From positions 1 to 55,743 of the forward strand of contig DATBJZ010000007.1 of assembly GCA_036556125.1 (NCBI GenBank): 55,743 bases of DNA, read 5' to 3'. The stretch's first letter is position 1; the number at the start of each line of letters is the position of its first letter. The DNA is from Gemmatimonadota bacterium. Lineage in GTDB: Bacteria > Gemmatimonadota > Gemmatimonadetes > JACCXV01. The translations under genes were made by a program, and so were the position numbers. Shown here piece after piece: positions 8,903 to 18,171 of the stretch. Below the pieces are notes generated by a model. That model saw nothing but the letters and a program-made list of their open reading frames with translations, was not told the DNA's origin and searched no databases.

Positions 8903-10891
8903 ATGGCTGTCCGTGCGTGCTCGACCCCGCGATTCGATCCGCCCGCATCCCGCGCGGGTCGACGGCGAACGCGCCCCACCCGGTGCGTCCCAGCGGTCGT
9001 GCTCCTGGCTGCGGCGCTCCTGGTCCCCGCCGCCGTCCTCGCGCAGCGCACGCAGAAGCCCGTGCTCCACGGCCGCCACTGGGTCGCGATCACGGGAAAG
9101 CCGCTCGCCGCCACCGCCGGCGCGGCGACGTTCGGGAAGGGCGGCAACGCGGTGGATGCTGCGTGCGCGATGCTGGCCGCGGTCTCCACGATGTGGGACG
9201 TGCTGAGCTGGGGCGGGGAGACCCAGGCCCTGATCTACGATCCGCGGAGCGGTGAGGTGGTCGGCATCAACGCGCTGGGCGTCGCGCCCACCGGCGCCAC
9301 GCCGGCGTTCTTCCGCGAGCAGGGCCTGCGATATCCGCCGGCCTACGGTCCGCTCGCGGCCGTGACGCCGGGGACGCCCGGCGGCCTGATGGTGATGCTC
9401 GCCGAGTTCGGAACGATGAGCCTCGCCGACGTCCTCGCGCCGGCGATCGAGATGGCGGACGGATACCCCATCGAGTGGGAGACGGCGGAGTCCATCGAGC
9501 GGAACAAGGACCGGCTGCGGCAGTGGCCGCACTCGGCGGAGCTCTTCCTGACGCACCCCGGTGAACCGCGCGAGGCCCCGGCACCCGGCGAGATCTTCCG
9601 GCAGCCGCAGCTGGCCGCGACGCTCCGCAAGCTGGTCGAGGCCGAGCGAGAGGCGCTCGACCGCGGACTCGGCCGGAAGGAGGCGATCCTCGCCGCGTAC
9701 GACCGCTTCTATCGGGGCGACATCGCCGAGGCCTTCGTGGCCGGCGTCCAGGCCGAAGGCGGTCTCATCACGATGGAGGACCTCGCGGGCTGGACCGTGC
9801 GGATCGAGGAGCCCGTGAGCACGAGCTACAAGGGCATCGACGTCTACAAGCTCACCGTCTGGACGCAGGGACCGGCGATGCTGCAGGCGCTGAACATCCT
9901 CGGCGGGCTCGACCTGGCCGCGATGGGCTACAACAGCGCCCGCTACATCCACGCCGTGGTGCAGGCGATGCACCTGGCCTTCGCCGACCGCGACTTCTAC
10001 TACGGGGACCCGTCCGTGCCTCCCGACGAGCCGGTCGCGGGGCTGCTGTCGAGGGACTACGCCAGGTCCCGCGCGCGGCTGATCGACCCGGAGAGGAACG
10101 ATCCCGAGGTGGAGCCGGGCGATCCGTATCCGTTCATGCAGGGCTCCAATCCCTATCTGGAGCTGCTGCGCCGCCCGCGCGGCCCCTCACCGGGCGACGG
10201 TGGCGAGGACGCCGCGCCCGGACCCGCAGGGCTCGCGCCCTCCGCCGGAGCGCCGGTGCGGCGGGCCGTCGGCGCCGAGGCCGAGGCGAGCCGTGCCGCC
10301 GCCTTCTTCGCCGGCACGACGTCCATCCAGGCCGCGGACGAGGAAGGGTGGGTCGTGTCGGTCACGCCCAGCGGCGGGTGGATCCCGGCGGTCGTCGCCG
10401 GGGAGACCGGGATCGGGCTCAGCCAGCGCATGCAGAGCTTCGTGCTCGACGAGTCGGAGAACCCGTTCAACGTGGTCGCACCCGGCAAGCGCCCGCGCGT
10501 CACGCTCACGCCCACGCTGGCCCTGAAGGACGGACGCCCCTTCCTGTCGTTCGCGGTCCAGGGCGGCGATTCGCAGGACCAGAACCTCCTGCAGTTCTTC
10601 CTGAACGTGGTGGAGTTCGGGATGGACGTGCAGCAGGCGGTGGAGGCCGCCAACGTGGAGAGCTTCCAGGTCCGCAGCTCCTTCGGTGAACACGAGTCGG
10701 AGCCCGGGCGGCTCCTGATCCGCGACGACGTCCCCGCCTGGGTGCAGGCGGAGCTCCGGGAGATGGGCTACGAGCTCCAGCTCGGGACCCGCACCTCGGG
10801 TCCCATCAACGCCATCTTCTTCGACCGCGGGCACGGCACGTTCTGGGGCGGCTCGAGCAACCACGGCGACGACTACGGGATCGCGTGGTAG
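8903..10891 (+). CDS. ggt: Gamma-glutamyltransferase family protein (secreted/periplasmic)
   Basis: Signal-like N-terminus RRRTRPTRCVPAVVLLAAALLVPAAVLAQ. Family motifs WGGETQALIYDP, nucleophile context FFAGTTSIQAADEEGWVVSVTPSGGW, PGKRPRVTLTPTLAL and AVQGGDSQDQ. Confidence 0.85.
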   Translation: MAVRACSTPRFDPPASRAGRRRTRPTRCVPAVVLLAAALLVPAAVLAQRTQKPVLHGRHWVAITGKPLAATAGAATFGKGGNAVDAACAMLAAVSTMWDVLSWGGETQALIYDPRSGEVVGINALGVAPTGATPAFFREQGLRYPPAYGPLAAVTPGTPGGLMVMLAEFGTMSLADVLAPAIEMADGYPIEWETAESIERNKDRLRQWPHSAELFLTHPGEPREAPAPGEIFRQPQLAATLRKLVEAEREALDRGLGRKEAILAAYDRFYRGDIAEAFVAGVQAEGGLITMEDLAGWTVRIEEPVSTSYKGIDVYKLTVWTQGPAMLQALNILGGLDLAAMGYNSARYIHAVVQAMHLAFADRDFYYGDPSVPPDEPVAGLLSRDYARSRARLIDPERNDPEVEPGDPYPFMQGSNPYLELLRRPRGPSPGDGGEDAAPGPAGLAPSAGAPVRRAVGAEAEASRAAAFFAGTTSIQAADEEGWVVSVTPSGGWIPAVVAGETGIGLSQRMQSFVLDESENPFNVVAPGKRPRVTLTPTLALKDGRPFLSFAVQGGDSQDQNLLQFFLNVVEFGMDVQQAVEAANVESFQVRSSFGEHESEPGRLLIRDDVPAWVQAELREMGYELQLGTRTSGPINAIFFDRGHGTFWGGSSNHGDDYGIAW

Positions 10892-10937
10892 CGGAGGCCG
10901 CGGCCACGTGATCGATCCAGGAGGAGAATGGACTCGC

Positions 10938-11537
10938 ATGAGGAGAATAGTCGTTTTCACGATGATCACGCTCGACGGGGTCATGCAGGCACCTGGTGCT
11001 CCGGAAGAGGACACGTCTGGAAATTTCACGTATGGAGGCTGGACCGTCCCGTATGCGGACGAGTCGTTCGGCAGCATCATCAACGAAGAGTTGAGCGTGC
11101 CGTTCGACATGCTGCTCGGCAGGAAGACGTATGAGATATTTGCGGCGTACTGGCCCAGGCGGACGGGCTCGATCGCCGATCCGTTCAACGAGGCCAGAAA
11201 GTACGTCGTATCGCACGAGAGCGTCGACCTTACGTGGAAGGAATCGAGTCTCATCACGGACGCCGCAGCCGGGATCAAGGCCCTGAAGGAAGAGCGCGGT
11301 TCGATGCTTCAGGTGTGGGGCAGCGGCAAGCTCGTGCAGACACTCCTGAAGAACGATCTGGTCGATGAGCTACGACTGAGGGTATTTCCCATTACGCTTG
11401 GCACCGGAAAGCGCTTGTTCGCGGAGGGAACGATCCCTGCCGCCTTTGAGCTGATGGACTCCAGGGCTTTGCCGAGCGGTGTCGTTCTCGCCAACTACGA
11501 GAGAGCCGGCGAAGTCGAGACGGGTTCGTTCGCATGA
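10938..11537 (+). CDS. Dihydrofolate-reductase-like (RibD C-terminal domain) family protein
   Basis: MRRIVVFTMITLDGVMQAPG..LLGRKTYEIFAAYWP..LQVWGSGKLVQTLLKNDLVDELRLRVFPITLGTGKRLF is typical of this family. Start at ATG 10938; the ORF-track start 10908 is also possible. GC is visibly lower than in the neighbours. Confidence 0.75.
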   Translation: MRRIVVFTMITLDGVMQAPGAPEEDTSGNFTYGGWTVPYADESFGSIINEELSVPFDMLLGRKTYEIFAAYWPRRTGSIADPFNEARKYVVSHESVDLTWKESSLITDAAAGIKALKEERGSMLQVWGSGKLVQTLLKNDLVDELRLRVFPITLGTGKRLFAEGTIPAAFELMDSRALPSGVVLANYERAGEVETGSFA

Positions 11538-11980
11538 ATGAGACGGAAGACATGAGCGAACGACACGGAGCATCCGCTGAACGCATCCCAGGAGATCCGA
11601 TGCGACGTCACGTCGACGCCATCCCGGCCGAGCCCGTCTTGAACGCACGAGCCACGCTGCGCCAGGTCCTGATCGGATCCGACGAGGCGCCGAACTTCGC
11701 GCTCCGCCGGTTCGTGATGCAGCCCGGCGGTGGGATGCCGCGTCACACGAACACGGTCGAGCACGAGCAGTACGTGCTCCGCGGGCGCGCCCGGATCGGG
11801 ATCGGCGAGGACACGCTCGAGGTCGGCGCCGGCGACGTGCTGTACATCCCGGCCGGCACGCCGCACTGGTATCTCGCCACGGGCGACGAGCCCTTCGAGT
11901 TCCTCTGCGTCGTGCCGAACCGCCCGGACGAGATCCGCGTCCTGGGAGACCCGCCCCCCGGCGTCGCTCCGGCCCGCTGA
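11534..11980 (+). CDS. Cupin domain protein
   Basis: Cupin_2 motifs GGGMPRHTNTVEHEQYVLRGRA and GDVLYIPAGTPHWY. ATGA start/stop overlap with the upstream gene. Confidence 0.75.
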   Translation: MNETEDMSERHGASAERIPGDPMRRHVDAIPAEPVLNARATLRQVLIGSDEAPNFALRRFVMQPGGGMPRHTNTVEHEQYVLRGRARIGIGEDTLEVGAGDVLYIPAGTPHWYLATGDEPFEFLCVVPNRPDEIRVLGDPPPGVAPAR

Positions 11981-11984
11981 GTCC

Positions 11985-12006
11985 CCGCGCGTCGGCGGAC
12001 GCGCGG
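11985..12006 (+). terminator. Short GC hairpin after the cupin gene
   Basis: CCGCGCGTC-ggcg-GACGCGCGG: 9-bp stem starting 5 nt after the stop. Confidence 0.3.
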
Positions 12007-12153
12007 CGCGCGGCCGGGACCGCCTCCGCCGCCGCCCGCCGTCCGGGTGCGCCGGCGGCGACGTGCAGGGGGCGCGCCGTGCACGGCATCGAACACGGAT
12101 CGCGCGCCGCCGCGTCGGCGGGGGCTCACCGTTTCCGCTAGATTTCCCGCCCC

Positions 12154-13950
12154 ATGGATCCCGGCCTCATCCGCAACTTCTGCATCGTCGCGCACATCGA
12201 CCACGGGAAGTCCACGCTCGCGGACCGCCTCCTCGAAGCCACGGGAACGCTCGAGAAGCGCGAGATGAAGGACCAGGTGCTGGACTCGATGGACCTGGAG
12301 CGCGAGCGCGGCATCACGATCAAGGCGCACGCGATCACGATGGCCTACCGGCGGCCGGACGCGACCTACGCGCTGAACCTGATCGACACCCCCGGCCACG
12401 TGGACTTCGCCTACGAGGTGAGCCGCAGCCTCGCCGCGTGCGAGGGCGCCCTGCTCGTCGTGGACGCCACGCAGGGGATCGAGGCCCAGACGCTCTCGAA
12501 TCTCTACCTGGCGCTCGAGAACGACCTCGTGGTGATCCCGGTGGTGAACAAGATCGACGTCGCGAGCGCGGAGACGGACCGCGTCGTGCTCGACCTCTGC
12601 GAGCTGCTGGGGGTGCCCCCCGAGGACGTGCTGCGCGCGTCCGCGAAGGAGGGCACGGGGGTGGACGCGATCCTCGAGGCCATCGTCGGGCGCATACCGC
12701 CGCCGGCCGGCGATCCCGCGGGCCCGCTGCGTGCGCTGGTCTTCGACTCGGCGTACGACAAGTACCGCGGCGCGATCCCCTACGTGCGGATCGTGGACGG
12801 GGAGCTTCGCGCCGGCCAGACCGTGACGTTCATGTCCACCGCCTCGCGCCACGAGGTGGACGAGGTGGGCCGTCTCCGCCTCGGCATGCGCCCCGCCGAG
12901 AGCCTGGGGGTCGGGGAGGTCGGCTACCTCGTGGCGTCCATCCGCCGCGTGGCCGACGCGCGCGTGGGCGACACGATCACCGGCGCCGCGCGGCCCGCAC
13001 GCGAGCCGCTGCCCGGCTACCGCGAGGTGAAGCCGATGGTGTTCAGCGGCCTCTACCCGACCGACACCGAACGCTACCCCGACCTCCGCGACGCGCTGGA
13101 GCGCCTGCAGCTCAACGACGCGGCGCTCCGCTACCAGCCGGAGACCTCCGGTGCGCTGGGGTTCGGCTTCCGCTGCGGGTTCCTCGGGATGCTGCACATG
13201 GAGATCGTGCAGGAGCGGCTCGAGCGCGAGTTCGCGCTCGACCTGATCACGACGGTGCCGAACGTCGAGTACCACGTGCACCGGCACGGCAAGCCGATCG
13301 TGGCGATCGAGAACCCCACCGAGCTCCCGCCCCCGGTCGAGATCGAGCGGATCGAGGAGCCCTACGTCAAGGCGACGATCGTCGTCCCCACCGAGTACGT
13401 GGGCGGCGTCCTCAAGCTGTGCCAGGAGCGCCGCGGCATCCACACCGCGATGAAGTACCTCGACCCGGAACGCGTCGAGATCCTCTACGAGCTCCCGCTC
13501 GCGGAGATCATCCTCGACTTCTACGACCGGCTGAAGTCCGCCAGCCGGGGCTACGCCTCCTTCGATTACGAGTTCCTGGCTTACCGGCCGGCCGACCTCG
13601 TGAAGGTGGACATCCTGATCAACGGCGACGCGCTCGACGCGCTCTCGACGATCGTGCACCGCGACCGCGCCTACGAGTGGGGCAAGCGCATGGCGGAGAA
13701 GCTCAAGGCGCTGATCCCGCGGCAGCTCTACGAGGTGGTGATCCAGGCGGCGATCGGGAGCCGCGTGATCTCGCGCGAGACGGTGCGGCCGCTGCGGAAG
13801 AACGTGACGGCCAAGTGCTATGGCGGCGACATCACGCGGAAGCGGAAGCTCCTCGAGCGCCAGAAGGAGGGGAAGCGGCGGATGAAGCAGGTCGGCTCGG
13901 TGGAGATCCCGCAGGAGGCGTTCCTCGCCGTGCTCCAGGTCGGCGAGTGA
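12154..13950 (+). CDS. lepA: Translation elongation factor 4 (LepA)
   Basis: [22 protein letters not shown] (G1), DTPGHVDF (G3), NKID (G4). LepA-specific C-terminus [37 protein letters not shown]. Confidence 0.97.
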   Translation: MDPGLIRNFCIVAHIDHGKSTLADRLLEATGTLEKREMKDQVLDSMDLERERGITIKAHAITMAYRRPDATYALNLIDTPGHVDFAYEVSRSLAACEGALLVVDATQGIEAQTLSNLYLALENDLVVIPVVNKIDVASAETDRVVLDLCELLGVPPEDVLRASAKEGTGVDAILEAIVGRIPPPAGDPAGPLRALVFDSAYDKYRGAIPYVRIVDGELRAGQTVTFMSTASRHEVDEVGRLRLGMRPAESLGVGEVGYLVASIRRVADARVGDTITGAARPAREPLPGYREVKPMVFSGLYPTDTERYPDLRDALERLQLNDAALRYQPETSGALGFGFRCGFLGMLHMEIVQERLEREFALDLITTVPNVEYHVHRHGKPIVAIENPTELPPPVEIERIEEPYVKATIVVPTEYVGGVLKLCQERRGIHTAMKYLDPERVEILYELPLAEIILDFYDRLKSASRGYASFDYEFLAYRPADLVKVDILINGDALDALSTIVHRDRAYEWGKRMAEKLKALIPRQLYEVVIQAAIGSRVISRETVRPLRKNVTAKCYGGDITRKRKLLERQKEGKRRMKQVGSVEIPQEAFLAVLQVGE

Positions 13951-13969
13951 GGATCGGCGCGCCCGGCGC

Positions 13970-15115
13970 GTGAAGCCGCCCGGCCGCCCCCTGCGGGTCC
14001 TGCTCCGCGCCCCGAACTGGGTCGGCGACGCGGTCCTCGCGCTGCCCTCGGTCGCGGCCCTCGCGTCGCGTCCTGACGTGAGGCTGACGGTGCTCGGCCC
14101 GCCTTACGTGCACCCGATCTACGACGGCCTGCCCGGCGTCTCCCTCTCGCCGGTGGACCCGCGCGCTCCGACGCCGCTCCGCGCGTGGGGCGCCGGCCGC
14201 GCGCTGGCCGGCGGTGACGACGTGGGGATCCTGTGCCCCACGTCGCTCTCCTCCGCGATCGTGCTCTGGGCCGCGCGCGTGCCGCGGCGCGTGGGACGCG
14301 CCGGCGACGGCCGCTCGCCTCTCCTCACGGACCGGCTCCCGAAACGTCCCAGGCCGCCGTTCCCCCTGCGCTCGCGCGGGGAGTACGATCCGCGCCACCA
14401 CCGCTGGCGCGACTACGCGGAGCTCGTCGAGCACGTGCTCGGCGAACCCGTGTCCGAGCGCTATCCCGTCCACGTCCCGGACGCGGCGCGGGCGGCGGCG
14501 GCGCGGCTGCTGAGCGGTCTCGCCGGCGCCGGGCCGCTGATCGGCCTCAACCCCGGCGCGAACGGCCCCGCGCGGCGCTGGCCGATCGAGCGCTACACCG
14601 CACTCGGGAAGGCGTTGCGCGACGGCCTCGACGCGCGGGTCGCGGTCGTGGGGAGCCGGTTCGAGACGGACCTCGCCGAGCGCGTGGCCGGCGCCGTGCC
14701 CGGAGCCCGGTCGCTGGGCGGCCGCACGGACCTCAAGACGCTCGCCGCCGTCCTGGCCGAGCTCGACCTCCTGGTCACGAACGACACCGGACCGATGCAC
14801 GTGGCGGCCGCGCTCGGGACGCCGCTGATCGCGCTGTTCGGCGCGGGCGACGACCGGGTGACGGCCCCCCGCGGGCCGGGCGTCCACGTCCTGCGCGAGC
14901 TCCTCTTCTGCAGTCCCTGCGTCAGGAGCCACTGTCCGTACGACCTCGAGTGCATGAAGGGGCTCGCGACGGCCGCGGTCCTGGCGGAGGCGACCCGCGT
15001 GCTGAGTGAGCGGCGCCCGCGACGGGAACCCGGCGAGCGTCCGGCTGAGGCGGCGCCGAACGGAGGCGCGTCGGGCGACGCCGCGATCCTCCCGGAAACG
15101 GCGCCGGCGTCTTGA
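13970..15115 (+). CDS. Glycosyltransferase family 9 (heptosyltransferase-like)
   Basis: LRAPNWVGDAVLALPS, LIGLNPGANGPARRWP and LDLLVTNDTGPMHVAAALGTPLIALFG are typical GT9 motifs. GTG start. Confidence 0.8.
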   Translation: MKPPGRPLRVLLRAPNWVGDAVLALPSVAALASRPDVRLTVLGPPYVHPIYDGLPGVSLSPVDPRAPTPLRAWGAGRALAGGDDVGILCPTSLSSAIVLWAARVPRRVGRAGDGRSPLLTDRLPKRPRPPFPLRSRGEYDPRHHRWRDYAELVEHVLGEPVSERYPVHVPDAARAAAARLLSGLAGAGPLIGLNPGANGPARRWPIERYTALGKALRDGLDARVAVVGSRFETDLAERVAGAVPGARSLGGRTDLKTLAAVLAELDLLVTNDTGPMHVAAALGTPLIALFGAGDDRVTAPRGPGVHVLRELLFCSPCVRSHCPYDLECMKGLATAAVLAEATRVLSERRPRREPGERPAEAAPNGGASGDAAILPETAPAS

Positions 15116-16275
15116 GCGCCGAACGCGTGTCGCCGGCGCTCGGCGTCATCGGCACGGCGGTGCTGGACCGGATCCATCCCTGGGAGACCGGCCCCGGCGG
15201 CGGCCGGCAGCGGCCGGAGCCGGTTCGCAGCATGGGGGGGATCTTCTACAGCCTCCACGCCCTCGCCGCGCTCGCGCCGCACCCGAGCGTGGTCGTGCCC
15301 GCGATCCGCGTCGGCGCCGACGCGGCCTCGCTGCTCCGCTCTCAGCTCGCCGCGCTCGGCGTGGACACGCGATTCCTGCAGCCCGCCTCCGCGCATCAGA
15401 ACGCGGTCGAGCTCCGCTACGAGTCGCCCGACCGCCGCCGCGAGGTCCTCCGCGGTGGCGTGCCGCCGGTTCGCGCCGACCGGCTGGGGCCGTTTCTGCG
15501 CGAGGTGGACGCGCTCTACGTGAACTTCGTGGCCGGCAACGAGCTCACGCTCTCCGGCTTTCGCCGCGTGCGGGCGTCGTTCGCGGGGCCGATCCACGTG
15601 GACCTCCACAGCCTGCTCCTCGGCCGCTCGTCGACCGGGCTCCGCTTCCACCGGCCGCTGCCCGGCTGGCGCGACTGGGTGGCCTGCGCGGACGTGGTCC
15701 AGTGCAACGCGCAGGAGGCGGCGACGCTGTGGGCGTCGAACGGCCGGCGCGGGTCCGGAGCGTCGCGGCGGAGCGCCGGCGGCGGGTCGAAGGGATCGGG
15801 ACGCTCGGCCCCGCCGACGAGGCGCGGCGCGGCGCCCCCCCTGCCGGCGCGGCTCGAGGCGCGCACGCTCGACCGTCTCGCGCGCGAGGTGCTGGCGCAG
15901 GGCCCGCGTCTCTTCGTCGTCTCGGACGGCGCATCGCCGGTGAGGGCCTGGGGCGTCCGCGGCCGACCCTGGCTGATCACGCCCCGTCCGCCGGCGCCGC
16001 CCGTCGATCCGACCGGCTGCGGCGACGTGCTGGGGGCCGCCTTCTGCGCGCTGCACTTCCTCCGGGGACTGGCGCCCCGTGACGCGCTGGCGCAGGCGGT
16101 GCAGGCGGCGGCCTGGACGGCCACGCGCATCGGCACGGACGATCTGGCCCCGGAGCTGGCGGCGTGGCGGGGCCGGCACGGGCCCGGGCCACGCGGGTCG
16201 GCGGACGGCTCCGATCCCGCTCGCCGGCGCTCGGGCGCGCCGCGCCGGAGCCGGCGCGCCTCGGCGCGGAGATGA
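15112..16275 (+). CDS. PfkB-family carbohydrate kinase with an internal low-complexity insert
   Basis: N-terminal LGVIGTAVLDRI. C-terminal PfkB signature DPTGCGDVLGAAFCA. TTGA overlap with the upstream stop. GC3 supports this frame through the Arg/Gly/Ser-rich insert at about 15740-15860. Confidence 0.7.
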   Translation: MSAERVSPALGVIGTAVLDRIHPWETGPGGGRQRPEPVRSMGGIFYSLHALAALAPHPSVVVPAIRVGADAASLLRSQLAALGVDTRFLQPASAHQNAVELRYESPDRRREVLRGGVPPVRADRLGPFLREVDALYVNFVAGNELTLSGFRRVRASFAGPIHVDLHSLLLGRSSTGLRFHRPLPGWRDWVACADVVQCNAQEAATLWASNGRRGSGASRRSAGGGSKGSGRSAPPTRRGAAPPLPARLEARTLDRLAREVLAQGPRLFVVSDGASPVRAWGVRGRPWLITPRPPAPPVDPTGCGDVLGAAFCALHFLRGLAPRDALAQAVQAAAWTATRIGTDDLAPELAAWRGRHGPGPRGSADGSDPARRRSGAPRRSRRASARR

Positions 16276-17471
16276 GGCTCCTCCTCGCCCCCAACGCGTT
16301 CAAGGGCAGCGTCTCGGCCGTCGGCGTGGCCGCGATCTGGGAGAGCGCGCTCGCGGCGGTGCCGGACGTGGAGACGGTGGCGCGGCCGCTCTCGGACGGC
16401 GGAGACGGCGCGCTCGAGGTGTGGGAGCGGCTGCTCCAGCCGGGCGCCGACACGGGGGCCGGAACGGGGGAGGCGGATGCCGCCGCCGAGGTTCTCCGCG
16501 TCTGGTTCGTGGCCCGGGCGCCGCTCGGCGAGCGGCGCCGCGTCCCGACCCTCTGGCGCGAGAGCACGGCGGAGGGCTGGATCGAGAGCGCGCTCGCATC
16601 CGGCATCGCGCTCGTGCCGCGCGAGCGGCGGGATCCGCTGCGTGCGACGAGCGCGGGCACGGGTCAGCTCCTGGCGGGCCTCCTCGCGCTCGGCGCCCGC
16701 GAGGTCCGGCTCGGTCTCGGCGGGAGCGCCACGGTGGACGGCGGTCTCGGCCTCGCGCGCGCGCTGGGCTACCGGTTCCTCGACGGCGCCGGCGCGGACG
16801 TCGAGACGCCGGGGAATCTGCCGCGGCTCGTCGCGATCGAGCCGCCGCGCGAGCGCGCCTGGGAGCGCGCCCGGATCCACGCGCTCCACGACGTGCGCAC
16901 CCGCCTCCTCGGACGCCAGGGCGCCGTGCGCGTGTTCGGCCCCCAGAAGCTGCGTCCGCACGATCCCGCGGGCTCCGACGCGCTCGACCGTCTCGAGGCC
17001 GGGCTGGAGCGCCTGGCGGAGCGGGTCGCGTCCGAGCTCGGCCGGGACGTCGCCGGGCTGGAGGGCTCGGGCGCCGCGGGCGGACTCGGCGCGGGGCTCG
17101 CGGCCTTCGCCGGGGCGACGCTGGAGAGCGGCGCACGCCACTTTCTCCAGCTGGCAGGGATTCCGGAGCTGCTCGCCGGCCGGAGCGGGCCTCCGCCGGA
17201 CGGGGTCCTGACGGGGGAGGGATCGTACGACGCGCAGAGCGGAGAGGGGAAGGCGGCGGGCGAGCTGCGTGCCCTGTGCGCGCGCCACGGCGTGCCGCTC
17301 GCCGTGATCGCGGGCGCGGCGCCCGGCGCCGAAGGCGAGCTGGTCCTCACGGGACGCGACGTCGGAGCCGGCGCGCGCCTCGAGGAGGGCGCACTCCGTG
17401 CGCTCGCGGTCGAGGCCGCGGCGCGCATCGCCCGCGTCAGGTCCGCGTTGCCGCGGCCCGGCGCGGAGTGA
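16272..17471 (+). CDS. Glycerate kinase family protein
   Basis: MRLLLAPNAFKGSVSA, PLSDGGDG, GLGGSATVDGGLG, LTGEGSYDAQSGEGKA. ATGA overlap with the PfkB stop. The ORF-track start 16164 is a spurious extension. Confidence 0.85.
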   Translation: MRLLLAPNAFKGSVSAVGVAAIWESALAAVPDVETVARPLSDGGDGALEVWERLLQPGADTGAGTGEADAAAEVLRVWFVARAPLGERRRVPTLWRESTAEGWIESALASGIALVPRERRDPLRATSAGTGQLLAGLLALGAREVRLGLGGSATVDGGLGLARALGYRFLDGAGADVETPGNLPRLVAIEPPRERAWERARIHALHDVRTRLLGRQGAVRVFGPQKLRPHDPAGSDALDRLEAGLERLAERVASELGRDVAGLEGSGAAGGLGAGLAAFAGATLESGARHFLQLAGIPELLAGRSGPPPDGVLTGEGSYDAQSGEGKAAGELRALCARHGVPLAVIAGAAPGAEGELVLTGRDVGAGARLEEGALRALAVEAAARIARVRSALPRPGAE

Positions 17472-17562
17472 TAGCTTGCGTTCTGTCTCGCGCCGGCCTC
17501 GCCGCGCGCACCGAGGTCTCCGGATCCGTCGAATGCCCCCGTCAGCAACGGAGAGTGCGTCG

Positions 17563-18033
17563 ATGACTCACGTCAGAGGATGGATGCCGCTTGTCGTGGC
17601 GGGGCTCGTCGCCCTGGCCGCGGCCTGTCAGCAGTCGCAGGAGGACGTGGACGAGGGCGCGCCGGTGGACACGACGGCGGCCGGCGGCGAGGCCGCGGGC
17701 GGCGGCGCGGCGGCAGGCGGCGGCGAGGCGGCGGGCGGCGGCGAGGCGGCGGGCGGCGACATGGCGCTCGGCACCCAGGTGTACGAGGCGAACTGCGCGA
17801 CCTGCCACGGCCCGAACGGCGGCGGCGACGGACCCGCCGGCGCCGGGCTCCAGCCTCCCCCCGCGAACTTCACCGACGCCGAGTGGAAGTACGGCGGCGA
17901 TCTGGACGCGGTGAAGAACACCATCCGCAACGGCGTGCCGGGCACGGCGATGATCCCCTGGCAGGGGACGCTCACCGACGCCGAGATCGACGCGGTCGCG
18001 AAGCACGAGATCGCGTTCAGCCAGGGACAGTAG
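17563..18033 (+). CDS. Class I c-type cytochrome, lipoprotein with a Gly/Ala/Glu linker
   Basis: Lipobox LAAAC. Single heme motif CATCHG. Distal Met context GVPGTAMIPW. Linker (GGEAAG)n. Confidence 0.85.
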   Translation: MTHVRGWMPLVVAGLVALAAACQQSQEDVDEGAPVDTTAAGGEAAGGGAAAGGGEAAGGGEAAGGDMALGTQVYEANCATCHGPNGGGDGPAGAGLQPPPANFTDAEWKYGGDLDAVKNTIRNGVPGTAMIPWQGTLTDAEIDAVAKHEIAFSQGQ

Positions 18034-18091
18034 CCGGACGCCCGCGCGGCGGCCCGAGTCGGATCGGGCGGCCGCCGGTCCGACCACCCTC

Positions 18092-18123
18092 GAGAGCCCC
18101 CCGGCAGCGTTCGGGGGGCTCTC
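18092..18123 (+). terminator. GC-rich hairpin, terminator-like
   Basis: GAGAGCCCCCCG-(8 nt)-CGGGGGGCTCTC: perfect 12-bp stem about 60 nt after the cytochrome c stop. Confidence 0.45.
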
Positions 18124-18171
18124 TCGCTCCGGCTGCCGCGGTCGCCGGAGTGACGCCGCGACGAGGCAGCG

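Noticed and set aside
15740-15860. Frameshift or pseudogene in the PfkB kinase, considered because of the Arg-rich insert
   Set aside because: Third-position GC is high in the annotated frame and clearly lower in the alternative frame I checked. The conserved PfkB signature downstream is in the same frame.
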